Origin: Octopus sinensis
Lineage: Eukaryota
Reading direction: 5' to 3'
Length of the DNA: 64,000 nt
Assembly: GCF_006345805.1 (NCBI RefSeq)
Contig: NC_043002.1
Span: 119,536,001-119,600,000, forward strand
The notes beneath the pieces are model-generated. The model worked only from the letters and a program-made list of their open reading frames with translations, did no database searches and was not told where the DNA came from. Positions 25,769 to 38,690 of this stretch are shown in pieces; within the stretch, counting starts at the first letter, position 1, and each line of letters begins with the position of its first letter. The translations under genes were made by a program, and so were the position numbers.

Positions 25769-26206
25769 AGGCGCAGGAGTGGCATAGGCGCAGGAGTGGC
25801 TGTGTGGTAAGTAGCTTGCTAACCAACCACATGGTTCCGGGTTCAGTCCAACTGCGTGGCATCTTGGGCAAGTGTCTTCTGTTATAGCCCCGGGCCAACC
25901 AATGCCTTGTGAGTGGACTTGGTAGACGGAAACTGAAAGAAGCCTGTCGTATATATGTATATATATATGTGTGTGTTTGTGTGTCTGTGCTTGTCCCCTA
26001 GCATTGCTTGACAACTGATGCTGGTGTGTTTACGTCCCCTTCACTTAGCGGTTCGGCAAAAGAAACCGATAGAATAAGTACTGAGCTTACAAAGAATAAG
26101 TCCCGGGGTCAATTTGCTCGACAAAAGGCGGTGCTCCAGCATGGCCGCAGTCAGATGACTGAAACAAGTAAAAGAGTAAAAGAGAGTAATCAAATTAAGT
26201 GTAGTT
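25769..26206 (+). mobile_element. SINE family 2, full length, first 14 nt duplicated
   Basis: GGCGCAGGAGTGGC-ATA-GGCGCAGGAGTGGC.. to ..GTAAAAGAGTAAAAGAG. Confidence 0.92.
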
Positions 26207-26936
26207 TCATTCCTTCAATTCTGCGCCATTCTACATTCAATTCTTCTACATTCAGTGGTAAATTCCCACCAGAGTCAATTTAATATTTCATGATTTCGAA
26301 GACAATAAAATAAGCCCCGGTAATAACTAATCGTTTGTATCTATTACATTCGAAACAAGTGATGTTATAATCTGTAAAGTGTTAAAACTTTAAAACTATT
26401 TCAGACAGTTCTTTGAAAAGAGGAAAAAAAAAAGACATGTTCACAGCCTGTTGAAACTCGACGTCAGTAACCCGAGTTATTGACAGGTTTATCATAAATT
26501 TTGGCCTCGTTGTCTGGCCGAGAGCATGTTAAAAAGAAGGCCAGTTGTAAGATAATAGAAGGTTAGTTTTTAAACTGCAAGAATACTTGGATTGTTGCAG
26601 TCAGAAAGGATACCCGACAGATAATCAATATCCTGCAGGCGCTAACTTTGGCAACTTACAATAATTATCGACATTCTTCCGTTGTTGTAGGTAGAAATAA
26701 GAATTTAGATGGGATATTTATACCCAATGCAACTAGGTTTTTTTAATCAGTTTTATTGGTCTTCAAATTTGACAATCTATGACATGTTTGACACTTGCTT
26801 TAATGTTTAAATATACATAAAAACATACATATACAGACCTATATAGGCGTGTATAATTCAATGTACATACATAAATGTATAAATGTAAGTAAATATATAT
26901 GAATTTATGAATGTATATATATATATATATGTGTTG

Positions 26937-26963
26937 TTGTGTGTGTGTGTGTGTGTGTGTGTG

Positions 26964-27013
<50 letters not shown>

Positions 27014-27018
27014 CCTAC

Positions 27019-27065
<47 letters not shown>

Positions 27066-27070
27066 CCTAC

Positions 27071-27113
<43 letters not shown>

Positions 27114-27114
27114 C

Positions 27115-27185
<71 letters not shown>

Positions 27186-27190
27186 CCTAC

Positions 27191-27225
<35 letters not shown>
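26937..27225. repeat. (GT)n then (TATC)n array, forming the 5' flank of the Tx1 LINE
   Basis: direct reading. Confidence 0.95.
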
Positions 27226-27226
<1 letters not shown>

Positions 27227-30200
27227 AACATTTATTTTTCCCCCTGTCTGCCGAGAATGGGCGGTAGTGGCACCGCGGTACTTTTACACAAGAGTCTGGA
27301 TCTCAATGTAAGGACAATATTCGTAGACCCGGAGGGTAGACTGGTCGTCCTGGATGTCGACGGCAGCAATGGGTGCGCTTTTCGACTCGTATCAGTTTAC
27401 GCACCGCCCTTAACAGGTCGGGCGGATTTCTTTCAACGTCTAGAAGTTTTCTTGGGACGTCTCGTCCTTTACTCTTAGTGGGGGATTGGAATGCTACCTT
27501 GGACACGCATGTAGACTACGTGGGTAGAGATAGGAATAGACGGGGATGCAAATGCCTCAGAGACCTGCTCAGAACGCTTTCAACTGTCTGACAGGTTCCG
27601 ACTAGACCACCCGAATGCGCCAACGTGGACATGGAGCAACGCATCGGGTCCGTCGAGATCGTATCTAGATAGGATACTGTGTAGGACAGTAGATAGAGAT
27701 AGCATAGGATGTCCACAATTCCACATAGTCAGCTACACGGATCACAAACTTGTGACATGTACGCTAGACTTAGGTAAGACACTTAGGCAGGGTCCCGGAT
27801 ACTGAAACTAACGCGTCTTTCCCATCGAGACAAGTTTTCAGAGACCGGATTAGCACACTAGTAAAGAGGGCTTTGACGGGAGCCATCATCAACAACATGG
27901 TGGTTTGCCCTCAAGAGAGCAGTAAAAGCAGAAGCGATTAGTACAGCAAAGCACTAGCCATAGATAGAAATAGAGTAGAGGGTGAGCTAGTTAAGAAGCT
28001 AGAAGAGGCAATTAGAAGCGGCATCGCATCCGACGTTTTGGCGGCGAGGTTGGCCCTCGACCAACACTTCAACCCAAACACGAAGGATGTGCTGTCAGAG
28101 CTAGGATGCGTGCTCTAAGGAACGAAGGTGTTGGAGCCGCGAGAGAGGCCCGGGTGGCAGAGGCGCAACAGGGCAACAAAGCCACCATTCGGTCACTGGT
28201 AGATGAACAGGGGCGCGAATTGCTCGAGCCAGTAAAATGTGTGAGGCCTTTCAGCAGCATTTTGCCCGACTGTTCGGAACGAGTGGAGGGCAAGAACGTA
28301 GGGTGGACTTCAGTGCCTACCTACATAGCCTACCACGACTCTCGACAAGAAAGGCAGGGTGCTGCGAAGTGCCATCACGGCGGCGGAAGTGCGGGAAGCG
28401 ATGGCAGAATGCTCGAGGGACAAATCACCGGGTTTGGATGGTCTACCCTACGAGCTTTACAATTGTATGCCAACTTGTTTGGAGATCTCTTGCGGCGTGT
28501 ACTGCAACTGGCAGCAAAACGGGAGCATTCCTGGTTTTGTGAGCCGGAGGAGCCGTAACACTGCTGAAGAAAGATCTAAACAAGGGAAATGTAATAGATA
28601 ACTTTAGGCCCATCACTCTGCTTAATGCAGACTTGAAATTTTGGCCAAGGTGCTAGCCAAGAGGTTGGCGCTTGTCATCGAGAAACTGGTCGACAAGGCG
28701 CAAACATGCGCCGTGCCAGGCCGGACCATCCATGACAACCTCCATCTGATGCGCTACATCATAGACAGGTAGTTAACGAACCTGGCATGGGTGGGGCCCT
28801 GATCAACTTGGATCAATCGAAAGCCTTTGATAGGGTAGACCATCGTTACTTGGAGGCAGTCCTGAGAGCGGCTGGTTTCGGTCCCGTCTTCCGCGGCTGG
28901 ATAGCTGCCTTGTACAGAGGCATCCGTTCGGTAATTCGCGTAAATGGACATCTATCGAGACCTTTCGACATTGCACGTTCGGTCCGTCAGGGATGCCCCC
29001 TCTCGCGCTTCTATACGTATTGACTCTTGAGCCACTACTGCGGAAGCTGGCGACTCTAAGGGGCATCCCGCGAGAATTGGGATGCGGGACGAGCGTGTCT
29101 GCATACGCGGACGACGTCACCGTCATAGTGTCTAGCCACGAGCACATCGAGCTGGTCGGGGCGAGACACTGAAAAACTACGAAGCGGTGACAGAGCGAAA
29201 ATCAACCCGGAAAAGTCAGTGGGCTTGCGACTAGGCACCTGGAGAAGCAAGCCCATGCCGTCCACCAGCGCCTCCGTCGTGGGACGCTGGACCGACGGCC
29301 CGGTTGAGTTGCTCGGGGTCTGGTTCGGTCCGGACCTCCAAGTGAGAAGAACTGGAACGAGATAACGAGTAGGGTGGTCACTCTCGCCGGCAATGGGCCG
29401 AGAGGAAACTGTCCCTAAAAGGTCGAGCGGAGGTGGCGAACACGTACATCGCGTCCGTCATCTACTACCGCCTGACCGTCGTACCTTGTCCCGACCCTAC
29501 CATCACCAAACTACAACGCATCCTCTTTCGCTTCTTGTGAAAGGATGCGTCCCGATGGTCAGGCGATCCATTTGCTGTCAACACAACCCCGTTTAAAAGA
29601 GGGCTGGGCATGCCGTGGTTGATGATGCGCAGACACGCGCTGAGACTGCGGACATCTCTGGCTCTATGTAGACGACGTGAACAGGTGTGGTCCGCCGTTT
29701 GTGAGGCACGCTTTCCGCAGCTCGTCTCCATGACCGAACTGCAGTCGTGGATCAAAAGAGGCCGAGGAAGGGCGAATGGCACCGCGGAGTGTCGCGTTGC
29801 TCTCAAGCAACTCTGCCGTCCTGGGTCGACCTTAAGTGACTTCACACAAACCAAAGCATTCTATAGGGTTTAGTGGAGGGGAGGTACGACGACGAGCTCG
29901 GGGCGAACCTGGACGTCGACGAGGAGTAACCTGACCCGCCTGTTCGGGACGACTTTCGGGCCAGGGCCCATGGACAACTTCCAGAGATCCCTGGCCTGGC
30001 AGTGCTACCGAGAAGCGCTACCCGTTCGGGATAAGCTCTACAGACACGGCTCGAGAAACACGGGGGCCCGACCTGCCGAGATGCGGTCAGAGCGACGAAA
30101 CCGTTCTGCACGCACTCGTTCAGTGTCCAACAATTTCCGACCTGTGGGCTTATGTCGAACAACTGCTGTCACTTGTGGGACGAGTCGGTTTATCAGCTGA

Positions 30201-30398
30201 GTCTATCGCGTCAATATTGTCACGCCTCCTTCCTTCAAACGGGAAGGAAGAGCTATTTTCATCATCCTTGTGGCTATGGCGAAAGAATGTATCTGGTGGA
30301 CGCGTCTGAAAGGATTGGAGACAAACACTTTCCTCTCTGGTCAATCTCTCATCAACTTCTTCTCCTTTTACGATCCCTTTTGATCGAAACTCCCCCTT

Positions 30399-30438
<40 letters not shown>

Positions 30439-30509
30439 CTTCAAAAGAAAAGCTCTACCTTGTAATTTGTTCTATCTGTGTGCAGCCCTATGTGGCTAAT
30501 AAAGAAACA
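27226..30509 (+). mobile_element. 5'-truncated, frameshifted Tx1/L1-clade LINE (APE + RT + C-terminal Cys/His motif)
   Basis: APE: RLVSVYAP, LLLVGDWNA, DHKLV; RT: KSPGLDGLPYELY, LDQSKAFDRVDH, VRQGCPLS, YADD at 29104-29115; 3' end GTGGCTAATAAAGAAAC then (TATC)n. Confidence 0.95.
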
Positions 30510-30545
30510 TATCTATCTATCTATCTATCTATCTATCTCTGTCTG

Positions 30546-30597
<52 letters not shown>

Positions 30598-30620
30598 CCT
30601 ATCTATCTATCTATCTATCT

Positions 30621-31274
30621 AACGGGAAAGAAGAGCTATTTTTATCATACTTGTGGCTATGGCGAAAGAATGTATCTGGTGGACGCGTCTGAAAGGATTA
30701 GAGACAAACACTTTCCTCTCTGGTCAATCTCTCATCAACTTCTTCAAGTATCACTTGAAGAAAAAGTGAGAGTAGAGAGGCAAGTTTTGTCTTGTGAATG
30801 TTTTAAAAAAAGATGGGTGAATGTAGCAAAGATGGCACGTATGAATGACGAAGCCACCTTGACTATGATTCTATGAACCGTAAAAAATTAATACAGAGAG
30901 TTGCTTATTTGCAAAAAAAAAAGAATATAACATGTGACTTCATTGACCGAGGTTACCGTGGTCTTTTCCGTAGGCTTTTCTTTCCACGGGTAAACCACCC
31001 TGTCCCCCCCTTTACACTTCATATTGACATTTCTGTGATAACGATCCCTATTGATCAATTTTTCCTCTCCCCCTTTTTTTTAACCCCCCCCTTTTTTTTG
31101 TCCTCTTTCTCTCCTTTTACGATCCCCTTTTTTATTTTATTTTTATTTTATTTTTTTTTTCTTATTTTTTATTTTTTTATTTTTTATTTTTTAATTTTTT
31201 AAACCTTCACAAGAAAAGCTCTACCTTGTAATTTGTTCTATCTGTGTGCAGCCCTGTGTGGCTAATAAAGAAAC
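30621..31274 (+). mobile_element. 5'-truncated copy of the same Tx1 family, within (TATC)n
   Basis: homologous to the 3' part of 27226-30509; same 3' terminus. Confidence 0.9.
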
Positions 31275-31398
31275 ATATCTATCTATCTATCTATCTATCT
31301 ATCTACCTACCTATCTATCTATCTATCTATCTATCTATCTCTCTATCTATCTATCTATCTATCTATCTACTATCTATCTATCTACCTACCTATCTATC

Positions 31399-31446
<48 letters not shown>

Positions 31447-31466
31447 CCTACCTATCTATCTATCGA

Positions 31467-32047
31467 TCTGGACGCGTCTGAAAGGATGGAGACAAACACT
31501 TTCCTCTCTGGTCAATCTCTCATCAACTTCTTCTTCAAGTACCACTTGAAAAGGAAAGTGAGAGTAGAGAGGCAAGTTTTGTCTGCGGGACGTTTTAAAA
31601 AAAGATGGTGAATGTAGCAAGAATGGCACGTAAATGAATACGAAGCCACTTGAGCATAGTCCTAATGACCCAGAAATCGAAAACAGAGAGTTGCTTATTT
31701 GCAAAAAAAAAAAAAAAAAAAAAAGAATATAAAATGTGACTTCATTGACCGAGGTTACCGTGGTCTTGCCGTAGGCTTTTCTTTCCACGGGTAAACCTAA
31801 CCTGTCCTCCCTTTACACTTCATATTGAATTTTCTGTGATAACGATCCCTATTGATCAATTTTTTTTTTCCTCTCCCCCTTTTTTTTTTTAACCCCCCCC
31901 TTTTTTTTGTCCTCTTTCTCTCCTTTTACGATCCCTTTTGATCGAAACTCCCCCTTCCTTTTTTTTTTTTTTTTTTAACCTTCAAAAGAAAAGCTCTACT
32001 TTGTAATTTTTTCTATCTGTGTGCAGCCTGTGTGGCTAATAAAGAAA

Positions 32048-32048
<1 letters not shown>
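31467..32048 (+). mobile_element. third Tx1 3'-end copy within (TATC)n, different truncation point
   Basis: starts at TCTGGACGCGTCTGAAAGG; same 3' terminus. Confidence 0.9.
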
Positions 32049-32082
<34 letters not shown>

Positions 32083-32083
32083 C

Positions 32084-32122
<39 letters not shown>

Positions 32123-32127
32123 CCTAC

Positions 32128-32173
<46 letters not shown>

Positions 32174-32176
32174 CTG

Positions 32177-32208
<32 letters not shown>

Positions 32209-32217
32209 CCTACCTAC

Positions 32218-32289
<72 letters not shown>

Positions 32290-32361
32290 TTATCTGTCTA
32301 TCTGCTGGACCATTGACATCAACTCCTTTGTTTTCACTCTCTGTATTTATTTCCTCTTATT

Positions 32362-32483
32362 TCTTTCTGATGAAGAGCATTGGCTCGAAACGTAAACGTC
32401 TTTTCCATTTTTCCCGAGCGTCATGCTAATACACTTGCTTATTGTTCCTACACTTGTCTTCGACTTTGTTTTTCTTTAATTTT

Positions 32484-32490
<7 letters not shown>
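32362..32490 (+). mobile_element. PLE-like tail family B with intact hammerhead core (32362-32400)
   Basis: TCTTT-CTGATGA-A-GAGC(ATTG)GCTC-GAAACGT-A; stem I 3' strand partly mismatched. Confidence 0.75.
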
Positions 32491-32526
<36 letters not shown>

Positions 32527-32679
32527 TATATATCTATATATATATATATGTATATACATTCAAAATATAAGGAATGGCCATAATAGGACATTCGACTCAC
32601 TAGAAGAGCAGCCAAGCTCAAACCGCTAATAGTTGTAATTCTGAAATTGAAAGAGAAATAAAAATGTTTACCCCTTTCA

Positions 32680-32774
32680 TCTCTGGACTATGCATAGTTT
32701 CGGCAAACTTTAGTAAACAAATTAATTAAATTAGATTAAATTTATTTACCACTGGCGTGCTTCGTCAGCAGAGA
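32680..32774 (-). ncRNA. type I hammerhead ribozyme (family D, copy 1)
   Basis: TCTCTG-CTGACGA-A-GCA..long stem II..TGC-C-GAA-ACTATGCATAGT-C-CAGAGA; GUC site. Confidence 0.9.
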
Positions 32775-32857
32775 AGCCAAGGACGAACATATATCCACGA
32801 ACACACATATATATATGTGTGTGTGTGCGTGCGTGTGTATTGATGTACGTGTGTTGA

Positions 32858-33015
32858 CAACCGGTGTTGGTGTGTTTATGTCCCCGTAACATTGGCGGTT
32901 CAGCAAAAGAGTCCGATATAAGAGTCAGGCTTCAAAAATTTTTAAAGAATGTACTGGGTTCGATTGATTCAACTAACATTCTTCAAAGCAGTGCCCCAGT
33001 ATGGCTGCAGTCTGT
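32858..33015 (+). mobile_element. degraded SINE family 2, 3' half
   Basis: TTGACAACCGGTGTTGGTGTGTTTATGTCCCCG..GCAGTGCCCCAGTATGGCTGCAG. Confidence 0.75.
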
Positions 33016-33249
33016 ACATACATGCATACAGATACTGCTGCAGCAGTGGTGCAATTGTTTGGACTATGAACGTTCAACCCTTGAAAATAGTTCATCTCCT
33101 CTTCTGTGCGCTGTTGTCATTGCGAGTAACCGCCCACATTCTAACAAAACGTGAAGATTCTTCTAGAAAATTTGAGACTGAAAGGAGCAAGGAACAAAAG
33201 AACCAACCATCCCTATGTATTCTGGTTAGCTTAAGGAATGTCATAACAA

Positions 33250-33900
33250 AATTCAGTACCAATTTGGCACAAGACTTCTAGTTGGTAATGCACTGGCGAC
33301 GAACGATATGATTCAAGACACTTTCATTGCCCTGGGTGCATTGTGGGCAGGTTCCGTGAGTATTTTGTAATTCCCTGCACGTACGTTTAATGCCGTGACC
33401 CTGGGTACAACCGCTATGCCAAAAACTTATGCATCGCGCCTGATTTGAAATTTTCATAAAAGACTGCTCACACTGCCATGGTTGGTTTTCGGAGTCACTC
33501 CTATTCCATCATCGCCGATGGCGTTGCCCAGCGGAAATGGTGTTATGGGGGATTGGCGTCATTTTAGATGCCAGGCTTCCGACATCTCTCAGTCTAAGTT
33601 TGAACCGTGATAACACGTCGCCACCAGATCTCCTGACATGTCTCTTCTATAAAAAGCAGAGAAAAATTCAGATCAGTCTGGTCGGATGTTCACTAAGGTA
33701 AGGTACAAAGACCGTGCGGAAGTACACCACCGAAGTGATATTAGGACATTAACCATTTCTACCCGATATTTCATAGACAACTTCCTTTCTGCCATTTCTG
33801 AGTGAAGTAGGCCACCTTGCTCGCGAACAGGTCTCGAACACTTTAATCGGACTTTTGGTCCAACGGCAGAAATCTTTGCTTATCGGAATGGATTTTCCCT
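33250..33900 (-). pseudogene. heavily decayed L1/Tx1-like ORF2 C-terminal fragment
   Basis: minus-strand frames give KFLA*RLY and GTCPQCTQGNESVLNHIV, like the Cys/His motif of the element at ~30070. Confidence 0.45.
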
Positions 33901-33959
33901 GCTCGAAGAGGAGTAGAAAAAGAAGGGAAAGGAGAAACAGAGAGCAGAAGTAACCGCGA

Positions 33960-34410
33960 TAGAGGCGGAAGAGCAGGAGGAGGGGAGAAGGAAGAAGAAG
34001 AAAGAGAAGAAGAAGAAGAGAAGAAGAGAAGAAGAGAAGAAGAAGAAGAAGAAGAAGAAGAAGAAGAAGAAGAAGAAGAAGAAGAAGAAGAAAAGACAAA
34101 TACAAAGAAAAGGAAAAGGAGGGGAGAAGACGTAGAAGTGCAAGACGAAGAGGAGGGAAATAGGAAGAAGCAGAGAAAGATGAGGAAGAAGAAAAGAAGG
34201 CAAAATCAAAGAAAGTGAAGTGGACGAAAATGAAAGGAGAATGGAGCGAAAGAACAGGAAGAAGAAGAGAAAGAATTATGAGAAGGAAGGAGAAGAAGGG
34301 TGAAGAGGGGAAGAAGGAGGTGAAGAAGAAGAAGAAGAGGAAGAAGAAGAAGGAGAAGAAAAAGAAGGAGGAGGAGGAGGAGGAGAAGAAGAAGAAGAAG
34401 TCAAAAATGA
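33960..34410. repeat. (GAA)n/(GGA)n polypurine tract
   Basis: direct reading. Confidence 0.95.
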
Positions 34411-34797
34411 AGGAAACGACGAAATAGACAAAGAAAAACTATGATTACTAGTCTAGGATTGCTGCTTTGAGCCAAATAAAAGAACACATTTTATTCTATT
34501 GAAAGTATTGGAATATTGAAATAATTTATGGCTTTAAAGTAGAAACTATTATTGTAACAGGAAAATATTTGCAAACGCTCAAAACATAAAACTTCATTAT
34601 ACTCCATCACCATGCTGGACCTAAGTACAGCACAGCATAATATCTAATGACTGTCTCAATATTTCATCTAACTTCGAGGAAACCTATCGTAATTATAGCT
34701 GGCAGTGGTTATTTAACTCCCACAAATGTAAGACTCGTCTTCCTAACACTCTCCTTTTGTACACCGCCAAATAATACAAGCACACATATGCGCCTAC

Positions 34798-34846
<49 letters not shown>

Positions 34847-35150
34847 AATATAAATATATATATATATATGCATATATTGTTGTGAATATATGAAATATAA
34901 ATCAATATTTTCTGTACCTAACTTAGATTATTAAAAAAAGGAAAGAAAACTAGGAAATATATGAACGCCATAATACTCTGTTTTCTTACAATTAAATTTG
35001 TGGGACATGATGTTTGGCTAAAATACATTAATATCTCATATAACTTTCGACCAGTGCAGGCGAAATATTTTCTATCTAGTTGAAATCATTTTTTAGTTCC
35101 GTGGCCTTCACTGCATTCTACACACACACACCTTACACACAAACGCGCAT

Positions 35151-35186
<36 letters not shown>

Positions 35187-36175
35187 CTCCCTCTCTCTCT
35201 CTGTCACACATACACACACAATCTATATTTATTTATTAAACTAGGCATAGAGCCTTCACAATACAGGGCAAGAGAAAATTATGTAGTCTCAGACCCATGC
35301 ACCATAACGGATTCTGTTACTGATTTCATACACAAATCTACAAATTTATGGGATTACAAAGATTATAAATGAGATTATGAGACAGTAATGCCTTGCTGAA
35401 AGGGAATAGTGATATAGAAATGATGGACAATATATACGCAACACAAAATCGAAAGTAGGTCGCCGCCACCGTTTGCCACGATCTTACTCGTTTGCTGAAA
35501 TATGTAGACAAATATAGAGTAATTGAGAAGGAAGTTCTAAACAACAGAATATACAGAATTCTTTTTAGCTTCATCGACCAAGCTGTATTTACTAAAAAAA
35601 CATCAATAAGTCACATTCTCTACAAGGTTTTTCATAGAGAATGTGACTTTTGGGCGTTTTCTAATTATTGTTTTGTATCCTCCTGGGTGAACCCCTTCCA
35701 TACTCATATTACAAACGCACACTACACACATATATGTAGAGACTCACGTACTTGTGTACATATACAAACATATATGTATTACATGCATATACGTACACAT
35801 ATATAGATACTTGCACACAGGCATACACAAAACGATACACTTAGATGGAATGTAATATTAGCTGCATTGTATAATCAATAAAATGTGTATATGCATGGAA
35901 CGGAGTCCATATCAATTGAATAGATACAGATTTGTTCAGGGAATTGTATACACCTTGCTGCATCATATTTTGTTTCATCTAAAAATATAACACAATATCA
36001 TTTATATTTAAGGAATATAGAAATATAATGAATACTAACGTAAACAGTCTAATTAAAAATGTTATGAAGCCTCACACAAAGGCCAGTGGAATCAGAAGTA
36101 TAGTTGTGTGTAATTATATGAAATGTACATATAATTTATTCATATGAAGAATATTTACGTATATATGTATGCACG

Positions 36176-36235
<60 letters not shown>

Positions 36236-36459
36236 TAATATAAATATGTGTTTGCAATTTTGTAAATGTGTGTGTGTGAGTAATTTATTCAGCGATAGGC
36301 AAGCAATTATACAAAGACACACATAATATAAATATTTGGTGCACAACTCTCCCGTTCAATCCTCAGCTTTCATATCTTCACTGTTTCGGTGAGGCAAGAA
36401 TCTTGAAGGTGTGCCTGTCTTTTTAGCTGCAAGTCTGTCTGTCTGTCTGTCTATGTATG

Positions 36460-36488
<29 letters not shown>

Positions 36489-36490
<2 letters not shown>

Positions 36491-37877
36491 GTGAATGGAT
36501 TGTTGACACTTTGACTCCGCGTATGTTCGCTTTATTTGTATACAAAGAACTGTTCGTTTTTAAACATTTTTTGTCAGAGTTGTGTTTAACATATTCTGCT
36601 TTGACCTAAGCAAATCTTTTTATAGGAAAGTCACATCCTGAGGGGAATTTTCAAAATCTATAGTTTTCTTTGGCATTTTTTCGTAATTTTCGTTTAGAAA
36701 ATGACTAAATCTAACGAAGAAGCTAGCGTTCCTCTTATTGAATTTCCGAAAGTAAAGGTAGGGGATAAGAACGCCATTTCACTTGCTCACACATACACAC
36801 ACACCACACACACAGACAGACAGACAGGCACACACACACACACACAATTGAACGGTGCACGCACACACAAGAATGCCAGCATGGCCGTAGAAAATATGAA
36901 CAAGATAAAGACAGCAACGTTTACTATTACAAACACCACCTCTGCCACTGCTACCACAACTCATACGAACATACAAAATAATTTTGCCGCAGCTTTAAAG
37001 CTGAAGAAAAAAATTATGTTCTTTACAAAGGAAGAATTGCTTGCTTGCAAGACAATGTTAAAAATAGAAGAACACACCATACAACTGCAAACAGAGGAAA
37101 AAATATAAAAGACATTAAAAATAAAAAAAATTATGCACAAAAAAGTATACACAAAACACTCAACTTTAAAACAAAACGTTTTGAAACTGCCTTCCAAGAA
37201 ACTGTAGAAAATGTGAAAGACGCATATGGGCCTTTAAAGAATACATCACCAGAGGAAAAAAAATTGACACTGTCGAAGTTAGATTCGACAATGAAGAACG
37301 AGCCAAAGACCTCTCCATGAAGTCTTTTGAATGTGAAAACATAATTATGATCCCTACATACCTTGGTCGTAGGGTAACTAAAATAAAAACCAAAGATGTG
37401 CGCCCTGAGATACAAATGAAAAGGCTTGTGTCTGCCATTTATTATGATATCGAGGCAATCCACATATGAGAAATCACTATCCTAGACCAGCAAAATTGGA
37501 TTGGTTAAGGAGTAGAAATCCTTGCTCAAGTTGATCCAATCGTTATTGAAATGATTCCATATCTCATCAAATTGGTAGACGGTTCTAATTTACATGTGGC
37601 CGTCGAAGGTAGAAGGCCACGTTGCTACGTTTGTGGTAGTAAAACTCATTTAAAAATTAATTGCAAATTGGCGCAAGAGCAACAACAACAACAACAACCT
37701 CAACAACAAGAATAACAAAAACCAAAGAAAAACCAGCATTACTACCCACACCGTCATATGCACAGCCGATAAAACAGCTCTACCAAGAAATGAAAAAGCA
37801 TCAGCAACCAACAAGCCAGCCCAGCCAAATGACACCACCATCAAAGCCACCGAGAAGAGAAACAATACCATCACCAA

Positions 37878-37910
<33 letters not shown>

Positions 37911-38690
37911 ACAAAGAAAAACAAAAGAACTCATACCCCACCCCCTAAAACCCATACACCACATCCCAATTATCACCAACAACAAAATTAACATTAACAC
38001 TCTTAGAAATACCTTTCCCCTCCCACTTTCTAATTGTTCCAATATGTCGTCCGATGAAGACGACACAGAGGAATGACAAGCAGCCACAGTGGGAAGGAGA
38101 AAAAGAGGAAAAAAAGGAATAGAGAATTAAACAAAGCACCCGTAGAAAATATAAGCATTAACGCAAACACACAAACACCAAATGGCCCCAAAATGTTGAC
38201 AGTTATAAATACTAACAATTCAGACCTAATGCAATAGCAGCATCTGCTTGGTGGTTCGCGTAAATGGTCATCTGTCCAGACCATTCAACATCACGCGTTC
38301 GGTCTGTCAAGGATTCCATCTCTCGTCGCTTATGTACGTATTGGACTCTCGAGCCAATACTGCGGAAGCTGGCGACATTGAGGACATCCCGCGAGAACTG
38401 GGATGTGAGAGGAGCGTGTCTGCATACGCGGACGACGTCACCGCCATAGTATCAAGCTACAGGCATATCGTCCTGGTCGGCGAGACGCTAAAAGAAGAAG
38501 CAGTAACGGGAGCGAAAATTAACCGGGAAAAGTCAGTGGACTTGCAGCTCGGCACCTGGAGAAGAAAGCCCAAGCCGTCCAGAATTTTTTCCTTTTTCTT
38601 TTGTTTTCCTCTTTCTGTCTTTCGAAAAGAAAATCTCTACATTGTATTGTCCCGTCTGTATTCGACCCTGTGTGGCTAATAAAAAAATCT
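36489..38690 (+). mobile_element. internally deleted Tx1-like LINE: 5'UTR, decayed ORF1 with CCHC knuckle, RT fragment, 3' end
   Basis: VEGRRPRCYVCGSKTHLKINC (CX2CX4HX4C, 37623-37664); 38245-38580 homologous to 28935-29280 (SAYADDVT); same family 3' terminus. Confidence 0.8.
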
